DNA of 64,000 nt. Source: Alphaproteobacteria bacterium UBA2964 (lineage in GTDB: Bacteria > Pseudomonadota > Alphaproteobacteria > MPNO01 > UBA2964). The position numbers were made by a program, and so were the translations under genes. Positions 55,456 through 63,752 of this stretch are shown piece by piece. Where the stretch lies: assembly GCA_905182615.1 (NCBI GenBank), contig CAJJCG010000034.1:1-64000 (forward strand), in the 5' to 3' direction. The notes under the pieces are model-generated. The model made no database searches. It had not been told where the DNA came from and was given only the letters and a program-made list of their open reading frames with translations. Each line of letters starts with the position of its first letter. Position 1 is the stretch's first letter.

Positions 55456-56564
55456 TGGCTGCACCTGTACAAAGCATTGCGATCTTTGGCGCCGGTGGCG
55501 GTGGCACATCCGCAGCGGCCCATCTGACGACTTTAGGATTTCAAATCCGTCTCTATAGCCAGGACGAAAGCGCGCTGGCCCCATTACAGGAAATCGGTGG
55601 CATCGAATACGATGCGCCGTTTGGCAAAGGTTTTGCGAAAATTCCGGTAATTACGTCTGATGTCGCGACCGCGATGGCCGGGGCAGAGTTGGTGATGATT
55701 GTCAGCCCGGCGCATTTGCATGAGAAATGGATTTCTGCCGCAGCACCCCATCTGACCGATGATCAAACCTTGTTTGTTTCGCCGGGTCATACCTTGATGC
55801 TGATCCCGCATATCCTGCGCGCCAATGGAATCAAGAATCCGGTGTTTTGTGAGACCGCGACGCTACCCTATCTCTGTCGTCGTACCGGCCCGACCACCTG
55901 TCGCATTTCGCGGGTGTCAGATTTTATGGTGTTTGGTGGCTTTCCGGGTGTTGCGACCAAACGTCAGTATGACATCGTCAGCACCGTCTATCCAGCGGTG
56001 AAGGAATTCTCCAACGTGCTGGAAACGGTCTTTCCTTATGGCAATGCCATCCATCATCCACCGGCTTTCTTGTGCAATGCCGGGCGGATCGAGGCGACGG
56101 GCGGCGATTTTCGGCATTATTATGATGGCATCACGCCATCAGTCGGGCGGTTGATCGATGCCGTGGATCACGAACGGGTCGCGGTGGCTGATGCGTTGAA
56201 TGCCAAGACTATGCCGTTTGTCGAGCTATTCTATCAGATGGGCTATACGACGGAGGCGGCACGCGAGAGCGGTATCGCCTATGAGGCGTTTCATCAGAGT
56301 GAACCAGATAAATGGATACCGGCGCCACCGCAGCTTGAGCACCGCTATTTTCTAGAAGATGTGCCCTATGGCCATATCATCTATTCAGAGCTTGGCCGTC
56401 TGGCCGGTGTGCCGACCCCGACGATTGACCACATCATTCATCTCGCCTCGGTCTCGCTGGGGCGTGACCTGACGGCGGATGCGCTGACGCTGGAGAAGAT
56501 GGGCCTCGCAGGGGTGACGAAAGAAAGATTTCTTGATCTGCTGGAAAACGGATTTGACAATTAG
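55455..56564 (+). CDS. NAD/NADP opine dehydrogenase family protein, paralog B
   Basis: 369 aa with SIAIFGAGGGGTSAAAHL, colinear with paralog A throughout (…LEHRYFLEDVPYGHI…PTPTIDHIIHL). The start overlaps the A stop (TAATG). Confidence 0.78.
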   Translation: MAAPVQSIAIFGAGGGGTSAAAHLTTLGFQIRLYSQDESALAPLQEIGGIEYDAPFGKGFAKIPVITSDVATAMAGAELVMIVSPAHLHEKWISAAAPHLTDDQTLFVSPGHTLMLIPHILRANGIKNPVFCETATLPYLCRRTGPTTCRISRVSDFMVFGGFPGVATKRQYDIVSTVYPAVKEFSNVLETVFPYGNAIHHPPAFLCNAGRIEATGGDFRHYYDGITPSVGRLIDAVDHERVAVADALNAKTMPFVELFYQMGYTTEAARESGIAYEAFHQSEPDKWIPAPPQLEHRYFLEDVPYGHIIYSELGRLAGVPTPTIDHIIHLASVSLGRDLTADALTLEKMGLAGVTKERFLDLLENGFDN

Positions 56565-56576
56565 GGAGATACGACG

Positions 56577-57575
56577 ATGGCGGTAAGACTTGGGATGCGG
56601 TTTGACGGGTTTGATCCCGTTGGTGAAACCATTGAGGTGGCGGCACAGGCGGAAGAGGCTGGTGCGGATACGATCTGGATGGCGGAGCATCTTGGTTATC
56701 GTGAGGCTGCCGTTTCCTGCATGGCTTTTGCGCTCAAGACGCAGCGGGCGATGGTTATCCCGACCGCTGTCATGCCCTATATCTGGCACCCGATGCCGAC
56801 CGCGATGCAGTTCGCGACTATGGCGGAAGCGGCGCCGGGCCGCGTTGGCATTTGCGTGTCGGTTGGCAATCTTTTGAACCTGCGCGAATCCGGGGTGCCA
56901 CATCCTGAAAAGCCGGTGCGGGTCATTCGCGAATATGTCGAGGCCTTGCGAGCCTTGTGGAATGGCGAGACGGTTGATCAGGAAGGTTTGATCTGGCAAT
57001 TACGTGGCGCGCGGTTGGCGTTCAAGCCGCCCAAACCGATCCCGATCTTTATCGCCTCGACAGGCCCACAGGTATTGGGACTTGCAGGTCGTATTGCCGA
57101 TGGCGTGCTGTATTCTGGCGGGCTGTCACTGGCCTCCATCAAAAAATGTGCCGACTTTGCAGATATCGGCATCGCCAAGGCGGGACGCGACCCGTCGGAA
57201 GTCCGCAAGGCGGGGTTTGTGTATTTCGCCTGTTCCAAAAACGGCACCGATGCAGTTGAAGCCAACCGCCGTAAAATCGCCTTCCTGTTCCGCAACTCTG
57301 CCCAGGCGGACAATATAGCTTCGGTCGGTATCCCGATTGATCACGAAGCGATTATTGAGCTGGTCAAAGCCCGGAAATTGGACGAAGCCGCGCAGCTGAT
57401 CCCACCCGAAGCCGTGACCCAGTTCACCGTCGCAGGCACACCGGATCAATGTCGCGAACAGTTGCAGGCCTATATCGATGCCGGGGTTGAAGAGCCAGTG
57501 ATTGAGGTCAGCGGCAATGACGAAGAAAAGGCATTGGCGCTGGAAGTTATTCGCGAGTTTACGGCGGGCCGGTAG
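56577..57575 (+). CDS. Luciferase-like (LLM) oxidoreductase, Mer/Fgd-like (putatively F420-dependent), paralog A
   Basis: 332 aa with the TIM-barrel LLM pattern (GADTIWMAEHLGYRE...). It resembles proteins usually annotated as methylene-H4MPT reductase-like. F420 dependence is inferred from context. Confidence 0.8.
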   Translation: MAVRLGMRFDGFDPVGETIEVAAQAEEAGADTIWMAEHLGYREAAVSCMAFALKTQRAMVIPTAVMPYIWHPMPTAMQFATMAEAAPGRVGICVSVGNLLNLRESGVPHPEKPVRVIREYVEALRALWNGETVDQEGLIWQLRGARLAFKPPKPIPIFIASTGPQVLGLAGRIADGVLYSGGLSLASIKKCADFADIGIAKAGRDPSEVRKAGFVYFACSKNGTDAVEANRRKIAFLFRNSAQADNIASVGIPIDHEAIIELVKARKLDEAAQLIPPEAVTQFTVAGTPDQCREQLQAYIDAGVEEPVIEVSGNDEEKALALEVIREFTAGR

Positions 57576-57594
57576 GGCCTGACAGGAGACGATC

Positions 57595-58581
57595 ATGCCA
57601 AAGATTGGCATCCGATTTGACGGGTTTGAAGATGCGCCGGAAACATTCCGGGTTGCCGCACTGGCCGAGAAAGCTGGTGCGACTGGGCTGTGGATGACTG
57701 AACATATTGGCTATCGGGAATCGCTTGTCTCATGCATGGCTTTTGCCATGAAGACCAAAAACGCGATGGTCATTCCGGCGGCAGTCACCCCCTATCTGTT
57801 TCACCCGACACCGACCGCGATGTCACTAGCGACGATGGCGGAGGCCTTTCCGGGCCGGGTTGGCGTGTCGGTTGCAATTGGTAATACGCTGGACCTCAAA
57901 GAATCTGGCAAGGAACCAAAGGATGCCGTGCAGGCAGTAGAAGATTATGTCCGCGATCTCCGCGCTATGTGGACGGCCGAGGCGGTTGAAAGCGAGACCG
58001 AGGCCTATAACCTCGCCGGTGTACGGATGTCCTTTAAGACTGATAAGGCGATCCCGATTTACGTGACGGCGCTGGGCAGTGAGGTTGCGTCAAAGGCGGG
58101 TGAAGTTGCTGACGGTATGTTGATGTCCGCTGGGTTCTCAGTGCCGTTTGTTGAGAACTGCCTGAAACGGTTTCGCGAAGGGGCCGCGCAGGCAGGGCGG
58201 GACGTGTCTGTTCTACGCACCGCCGCGTTCATCCACTTCTCGGTCTCGGAAGATGGCCATTCAGCGCGCGAAGATGTCCGCCGTAAGCTGGCCTTTCTAT
58301 TTCGCAACCGACTGATGGCAGAGAACATTGCCTCCTCCGGTATCCCGATTGATCAGGATGCCATTGTTGATGCGGTCGCGGCACGTGATCTCAAAAAAGC
58401 CGCGACCCTTGTGCCTGATGAAGCCATTGAAGCTTTCGGTGTCGCGGGCACCGTGGCGGATTGTAAGAAAAGCCTTGAGGCCTATGTCGCGACCGGGCTC
58501 GACGAGCCGGTGATTCAGGTCGCCGGTGATGAGGCTGCCAAGACCCTGGCTCTGCAGGTGATCAGAGAATTTACGGGGTGA
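57595..58581 (+). CDS. Luciferase-like (LLM) oxidoreductase, Mer/Fgd-like, paralog B
   Basis: 328 aa, colinear with paralog A (IRFDGF..........A.AE.AGA...WM.EH.GYRE..VSCMAFA.KT..AMVIP.AV.PY..HP.PTAM). Confidence 0.8.
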   Translation: MPKIGIRFDGFEDAPETFRVAALAEKAGATGLWMTEHIGYRESLVSCMAFAMKTKNAMVIPAAVTPYLFHPTPTAMSLATMAEAFPGRVGVSVAIGNTLDLKESGKEPKDAVQAVEDYVRDLRAMWTAEAVESETEAYNLAGVRMSFKTDKAIPIYVTALGSEVASKAGEVADGMLMSAGFSVPFVENCLKRFREGAAQAGRDVSVLRTAAFIHFSVSEDGHSAREDVRRKLAFLFRNRLMAENIASSGIPIDQDAIVDAVAARDLKKAATLVPDEAIEAFGVAGTVADCKKSLEAYVATGLDEPVIQVAGDEAAKTLALQVIREFTG

Positions 58582-59088
58582 GACCACAGCCAAAGATAGA
58601 AATAAGCACGTCGTTGCCGGTTGTCTCATGAAATTCAATTTCAATCCTCATTTATCGAACTTCGGTCCGCGTTCGCAAACCGTAAGAAACCCGTTAAGGA
58701 AACGGCGGCGCCGATTAGAAAACCGATGACGTAAAAAGCCAATAGTGCCGTAGCAATCGATAGTGATGATGAACTACAGCTGTATCTCTAAATTTTAATT
58801 GGTTTCCCGATCGATCTTAAAGACAGTGCCGCTGAGAATGCCAATGACCCGAACGCAACGGTTAGAAACAGATCGAAAATGCTGATCATGCTTTCAGTAT
58901 AAGTCGTTGCTGTTGCAACCAAAAAATCCACAATTTCTTTGTCAACTATCGCAATCTACTCCTGCAGTAATAGAAATATTAGCTTGATTTTTCCTGTATA
59001 AATTGGGTGGGAAACCATACGAATGAAGTTTGCCCAACATCATTTGCTGTAGGCTTCACAGCGGACATTTTCTTTAGCAATTGGTTCC

Positions 59089-59985
59089 TTAAAACTCCAT
59101 TAAATCTTCGGCAACGATGACCTCGCCGGCGTAGTGTTTCCTGACCTCTTCGGCCCAGGGCTCATAATCCGATGAGTTGGCGCGCTGGGTGAGATGGGAC
59201 AGTACTACCTTTTTGACACCAGCCTGTGTCGCCAGCATACCGATTTTATCTAGATCCATGTGCCCCATGGCCGCCTGACGCATGATGCCTTCCTGTTCGA
59301 CTTCGCTCATGGCCTGCCAGCGTCCGTCTTGAATCATCTTACTTTTGCGGTCGTCACAGGAAGAGGTTTCGGTCACCAAAATATCGGCATCCGCGGCCAG
59401 CTCTGTGACAGCGGGGGTGAAACCGGTATCGCCGGTAAATGCGATCACACGATCCGGGGTCTCGAAACGGTATGAATAGGACTTAAAACGACCGGCGGCC
59501 CCTCCCTGATGGAAGCTGAAATGGGTGTTCTCTGTTGCGTAAACGCGAATGTTGTCATCCTGATATATCTCGCCGACGCCGACATCATGGCCATAGAACA
59601 TCTGATCCAGCGGGATACTACGGCCACCATCGGCGATGCGGATGTCGGCACTGATGCTGCATAATTGCACAGTCGCATCTACAAGTTCTTTGGTTCGCGG
59701 TGGGCCATAGACATTGATCGGTTCGGAACGATGCCCGTCCCACGCCAGAGACATCAGGGTCCCGAGTCCTGCCGTATGATCATCATGATGATGGGTGAGA
59801 AAGATGATCCCGACATTGCGGACCTCTGCTCCAGCCCTCGCCATACGTCGCGCGACACCGTCGCCGGCATCCACAACATAGTATGTGCCGTTTACGGTAA
59901 GGAGATGGGATGTTTGCGCCCGACCCGGCGTCAATGACGGGCCAGCCGAGGTACCGAGAATGATCAAGGACGATGGTGTGGACAT
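59089..59985 (-). CDS. MBL-fold metallo-hydrolase (RNase Z/beta-lactamase-B-like)
   Basis: HHHDDH motif (FLTHHHDDHTAG) with distal GDTG and SH ligands. The start is set at MSTPSSLIILGTSAG (59985). Confidence 0.85.
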   Translation of the reverse strand: MSTPSSLIILGTSAGPSLTPGRAQTSHLLTVNGTYYVVDAGDGVARRMARAGAEVRNVGIIFLTHHHDDHTAGLGTLMSLAWDGHRSEPINVYGPPRTKELVDATVQLCSISADIRIADGGRSIPLDQMFYGHDVGVGEIYQDDNIRVYATENTHFSFHQGGAAGRFKSYSYRFETPDRVIAFTGDTGFTPAVTELAADADILVTETSSCDDRKSKMIQDGRWQAMSEVEQEGIMRQAAMGHMDLDKIGMLATQAGVKKVVLSHLTQRANSSDYEPWAEEVRKHYAGEVIVAEDLMEF

Positions 59986-60564
59986 TATATTTCTCTCTTT
60001 TGTGTGAAGGCCAGAACTACCTAACTGCCAGCAACCCCCATTTCTTCCCGGTCTATCAGGAAGCTGAGAAACTGAACCGGCCCATTTGCATTCATACCGG
60101 ATCAGGCGCACCAAAGCTGATGGAACTATACAATCTAGAGCGCAATCATTCCTTCGCACATGGCCGGGTGTTGCCGCTCTTTGCGTTCAGGGATCTCGTC
60201 CATAATGGCATTCCGGAAATGTTTCCGAAATTGCGCTTTGGTTTCGTAGAAGCATCCGCTGGTTGGGCACCGTTTATTGTCCATATTTTTACGGCGTTTG
60301 CTGGCCAAGAACAGGAAGTTCTCGAACAGTCAGGATTTGTTCCACGAGTACCGCATATTTATTGCCTGCGAGGCGGACGAAGACATACCCTATCTCACCA
60401 ATTTTATTGGCAGTGATAATCTGATTACTGGTTCCGATTACGGCCATAACGACCCGGCCGCTGAACCAATGCTGTTGAAATCTCTGGCGTCACGGGTCGA
60501 TCTGTCGACTGAGCCTCAGGACAGTATTCTGAAAACCAACTCGCGGGTGCTCTGCAGGATGTAG
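59973..60564 (+). pseudogene. Amidohydrolase_2 (ACMSD-like decarboxylase/hydrolase) remnant, N-terminally truncated and frameshifted
   Basis: Two overlapping fragments in different frames: 59973-60416 (…NPHFFPVYQEAEKLNRPICIHTG…FVEASAGWAPF…) and 60277-60564 (…YRIFIACEADEDIPYL…GSDYGHND…). The N-terminal roughly one third is absent, and that space is occupied by the opposite-strand MBL gene. Confidence 0.75.
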
Positions 60565-60568
60565 GCTC

Positions 60569-61684
60569 TTAGCCGATCCGGTAAAGCGTATCGGTATCCG
60601 TTGAATCTGACAGGAGTTCTGCGCCGGTTTTGGTGACCGTGATCATATCTTTGAGCTGTAGCCCAAAGCCGTGACCGGTTTGGTAAACCAGTGGCTCTAT
60701 GCCGAGCACCATGCCGGCTTCCAGCGTGTATTCGTCGTACTTCCCGAGATACGGGTCTTCATGCAGATGGAGCCCGATGCCGTGTCCGACAAAAGAGATT
60801 GGTGGCAGGCCGAGCTCGCCAAACTTTTCGAGAAAGATTTCGTAAACCCGTTTGGCGCTGGCACCGGGTTTGATCGCGTCGAGCACGCGGTATTTACACT
60901 CGACGAGATTTTTCCATATCTCGACGGCTTTTTCTGGCGGGTCCTCGACCGACGCCGTACGGCAGACACCGGCATGGTAGCCACCGATGATCGAGAAGAT
61001 TTCGACACGGCAGATATCTCCCGCTTCCAGGACGCGTTCGGTGGGTCCGACATTAGGCAGCTCTGATCGTGGCCCGGTGGCGACGATCATCAATTTGAAA
61101 TGTTCTGCGCCTTGTTCGTAAACACTGCGGGTGAGGGCAGCGGCCATATCCATCTCGGTCATGCCAGCTTTGACAGCGTCGAATGATGCTGCAATGGCGG
61201 TGTCAGAAATACGTGATAGGCGACGAAGCAAATCGATCTCGTCTGTTGATTTGATCTGACGGAGCTGATCAAAAATTTGATCCGCCGCAATAAACATCGC
61301 GCCCGGCAGAAGGCGCTTCAGATGTTCGTGATCACCGGCTGGGAGATAGTTCATCTCGATACCGATTTTACCATTGGTCGCGCCGAGATCGGAGAGTAGT
61401 TGGGCGAGGGAGTTCATGGGCTTGTCGGTGAACTCGCCCCAGATACGAATATCCGCATCGGGGACTTTGCCGCGCACGGTGGTTTCTTCCATGTCGACTG
61501 CGACGATGCCGGATTTGCCGTCTGAATTTACGGCGCAAATCGCGTGCCGCCAGCGCATCAGCGGCTGTGAGGGGACAACAAATCCGGTGCCATAGGCGAA
61601 GTTTTCGGGCGATATAGCGACAAGCACATCAAGCCCCGCCGCTTTCATCGCGGTCTTTTGTTTTTGAATGACGTCTTTACGCAT
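60569..61684 (-). CDS. M24-family metallopeptidase/hydrolase (Xaa-Pro peptidase / creatinase-like)
   Basis: 371 aa with a creatinase-like N-domain and a pita-bread C-domain carrying metal ligands (GDICRVEI, GYHAG, GHGIGLHLHE, EP, E). Confidence 0.87.
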   Translation of the reverse strand: MRKDVIQKQKTAMKAAGLDVLVAISPENFAYGTGFVVPSQPLMRWRHAICAVNSDGKSGIVAVDMEETTVRGKVPDADIRIWGEFTDKPMNSLAQLLSDLGATNGKIGIEMNYLPAGDHEHLKRLLPGAMFIAADQIFDQLRQIKSTDEIDLLRRLSRISDTAIAASFDAVKAGMTEMDMAAALTRSVYEQGAEHFKLMIVATGPRSELPNVGPTERVLEAGDICRVEIFSIIGGYHAGVCRTASVEDPPEKAVEIWKNLVECKYRVLDAIKPGASAKRVYEIFLEKFGELGLPPISFVGHGIGLHLHEDPYLGKYDEYTLEAGMVLGIEPLVYQTGHGFGLQLKDMITVTKTGAELLSDSTDTDTLYRIG

Positions 61685-61685
61685 A

Positions 61686-62696
61686 TCAGTCGTTCCTCTC
61701 TTCGCGTAACAAATTCAACCGTTTTAGTATCTCTCGATCAGTACCTACGAACAATTTAGCACCGTAGCGACCCGCTGTATGGCTGTAGCGATTCCAGTGG
61801 GGCAGGGTGAAGACATCATAGCGTCCCCAGTTGATCACTTCTTCGCCAATTGTTGATTGTCCTTCACCCTCAATCACCAGACAAAATGCGTTGGCGGTGC
61901 TGCGAAACGGAATTGTGGCTTCATTGGCGGCAAGCTCAACCATATAGACATCGAAAATATTCATCGCCGGGCCGCCGGTCGCTGGATTGATGTAGCGTAG
62001 CGTTTTGGAGCCGTCATTGGCTGGCTGCATGGCGGCGAGCATCGTGCAGACATCCTCCCAGGCATATCGGAATTGTGGCGAGTAGGCTGGCATCGTAATA
62101 CCAGGTCCGGATTGCGGCAGGAGCCCGCCATGTTGATAGGCATCATCATTTGGCAAGGGTGGAAAGTTCCCGGCCGGGCCGGGGTCAAAAAACTGGGTAT
62201 GCATGGCGCGGTGAAATGGCACGTCGAGCGAGTCCAGCCATACAATCCGTGAATCACCTTGATGGGAGTGTTCGTGCCACGTGCCGCCTGGCGTAATGAT
62301 CAGGTCACCTTTATTCATGGGGCAGATCTTGCCATCGACGGTGGTTGTGCCATCGCCACCTTCAAGGACGAACCGCAGCGCATTTGCCGTATGCCGGTGT
62401 ACCCGTGCGGTTTCGCCTGGCATGAGAACTTGAATGCCGCAATTGAGGTTGGTCGTCACATTGTTGCCAGCGGGATTGTCGAGATCAGGGTTCCACAACG
62501 ACAACACTCGCCGTTCGGCAGCTTCCATGCCCGTTGCTGCAACCGCCTGATCGAGCAACGGCTCGATCTCTGTCCAGCGCCAGGCACGGGATGGTTCGGA
62601 AACTGGCTCGCGTGGATTATGCGATGTCCGTTCCCACAATGCCTTTACGCCGGCGGCTTCCATGCCAGTGTGAAATTCGTCCTGCTCTACCATCAT
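61686..62696 (-). CDS. Bicupin ring-cleavage dioxygenase, gentisate 1,2-dioxygenase-like
   Basis: 336 aa with AERRVLSLWNP, the ...PGETARVHRHTANALRFVLEG...TWHEH cupin His motifs, and a second cupin half. Confidence 0.8.
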   Translation of the reverse strand: MMVEQDEFHTGMEAAGVKALWERTSHNPREPVSEPSRAWRWTEIEPLLDQAVAATGMEAAERRVLSLWNPDLDNPAGNNVTTNLNCGIQVLMPGETARVHRHTANALRFVLEGGDGTTTVDGKICPMNKGDLIITPGGTWHEHSHQGDSRIVWLDSLDVPFHRAMHTQFFDPGPAGNFPPLPNDDAYQHGGLLPQSGPGITMPAYSPQFRYAWEDVCTMLAAMQPANDGSKTLRYINPATGGPAMNIFDVYMVELAANEATIPFRSTANAFCLVIEGEGQSTIGEEVINWGRYDVFTLPHWNRYSHTAGRYGAKLFVGTDREILKRLNLLREERND

Positions 62697-62771
62697 CTAC
62701 GTTCTCTCCGGTTAGGCTCTAAGAGTGAACGTTTCAGGCAGTATGCCGCAAGCCCAATTGGAAAACTTTGA

Positions 62772-63752
62772 TTACGTGGTGTTGCTGAGCTGTTTGGTGA
62801 GCCGTCGGGCGATGGCGCCGATAACGCGCCGTCGGTACCACGGTTTAACGGTTGTCGTCAGCATCGGTTTCGCCTGGCTCTGAACCATCTCGGCAATTTC
62901 ATCCAGTGCGCCATCATTCAGTTCCGTACCGCTGAATTTCTCCAACCCTTTGATCAAATGCGGGTAGGGGTTCACTGCCGTTAAGGCGATCCGCAGTTCT
63001 TCAATTTTGTCGCCAGATTGCTTGACCCAAACGGCAGCACCGGCGAGCGGGAAATCGATAGAGCCGCGGACGCGAGCTTTCTCATAGGCGCTGGGCATGC
63101 TCGCTTCGGATTTGGGCAGGTGTAAAACGGCGAGCAATTCGCCGGGCTCAAAAGCGAGGTGGTCCATCCCGTCATTGTGGTAGATATCGGCAAGTGGGAC
63201 ACGACGGCGACCATTCGGTCCGACCAAATCAACCTCGGCATTGTGAACCAGCGCAGCGGGCGCGACGTCTCCTGAAAATGCCGCGAAGCAGTGTTTGCCG
63301 CCGGGCGCGACATGACACACTGTGCCGTTTTTCTTCAGGCAATAATCGTTGGATTTCCGCCACCATTCCGATTGGTTATAAAAGAGGCATCTCGTGTCGA
63401 GGCAGAGATTGCCGCCAACAGTGCCGTACGCTTGATGAGTGGGGCCAGCGACGGCAGCCGCCGCTTCGGCGACGGCAGTGAAATGTTTCAGGACCCGCGT
63501 ATCTTGGGACACAGTTTCAAGTGTGACACCCGCCCCGATATGCAGACCTTCGTCGTCTTCAACAATTTCCCGCAATTCACTGACGACGGAGAGATCGATC
63601 AGAGCTGCAGGTTGTTCGATGCCGCGCCGGACATTGACGATCATGTCGGTGCCGCCAGCGACATACAGCGCGCCATCGGTCTCATTGCGCAGCTTTACTG
63701 CTTCCTCGATTGACGTTGGACGGTGCAGTACAAAATCAGGCATTAATTCCAT
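62772..63752 (-). CDS. Xanthine dehydrogenase family FAD-binding subunit (CoxM-like)
   Basis: PCMH-type FAD domain (YVAGGTDMIVNVRRG...) and a CO-dehydrogenase flavoprotein C-domain. The start overlaps the upstream stop (TAATG). Confidence 0.88.
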   Translation of the reverse strand: MELMPDFVLHRPTSIEEAVKLRNETDGALYVAGGTDMIVNVRRGIEQPAALIDLSVVSELREIVEDDEGLHIGAGVTLETVSQDTRVLKHFTAVAEAAAAVAGPTHQAYGTVGGNLCLDTRCLFYNQSEWWRKSNDYCLKKNGTVCHVAPGGKHCFAAFSGDVAPAALVHNAEVDLVGPNGRRRVPLADIYHNDGMDHLAFEPGELLAVLHLPKSEASMPSAYEKARVRGSIDFPLAGAAVWVKQSGDKIEELRIALTAVNPYPHLIKGLEKFSGTELNDGALDEIAEMVQSQAKPMLTTTVKPWYRRRVIGAIARRLTKQLSNTT

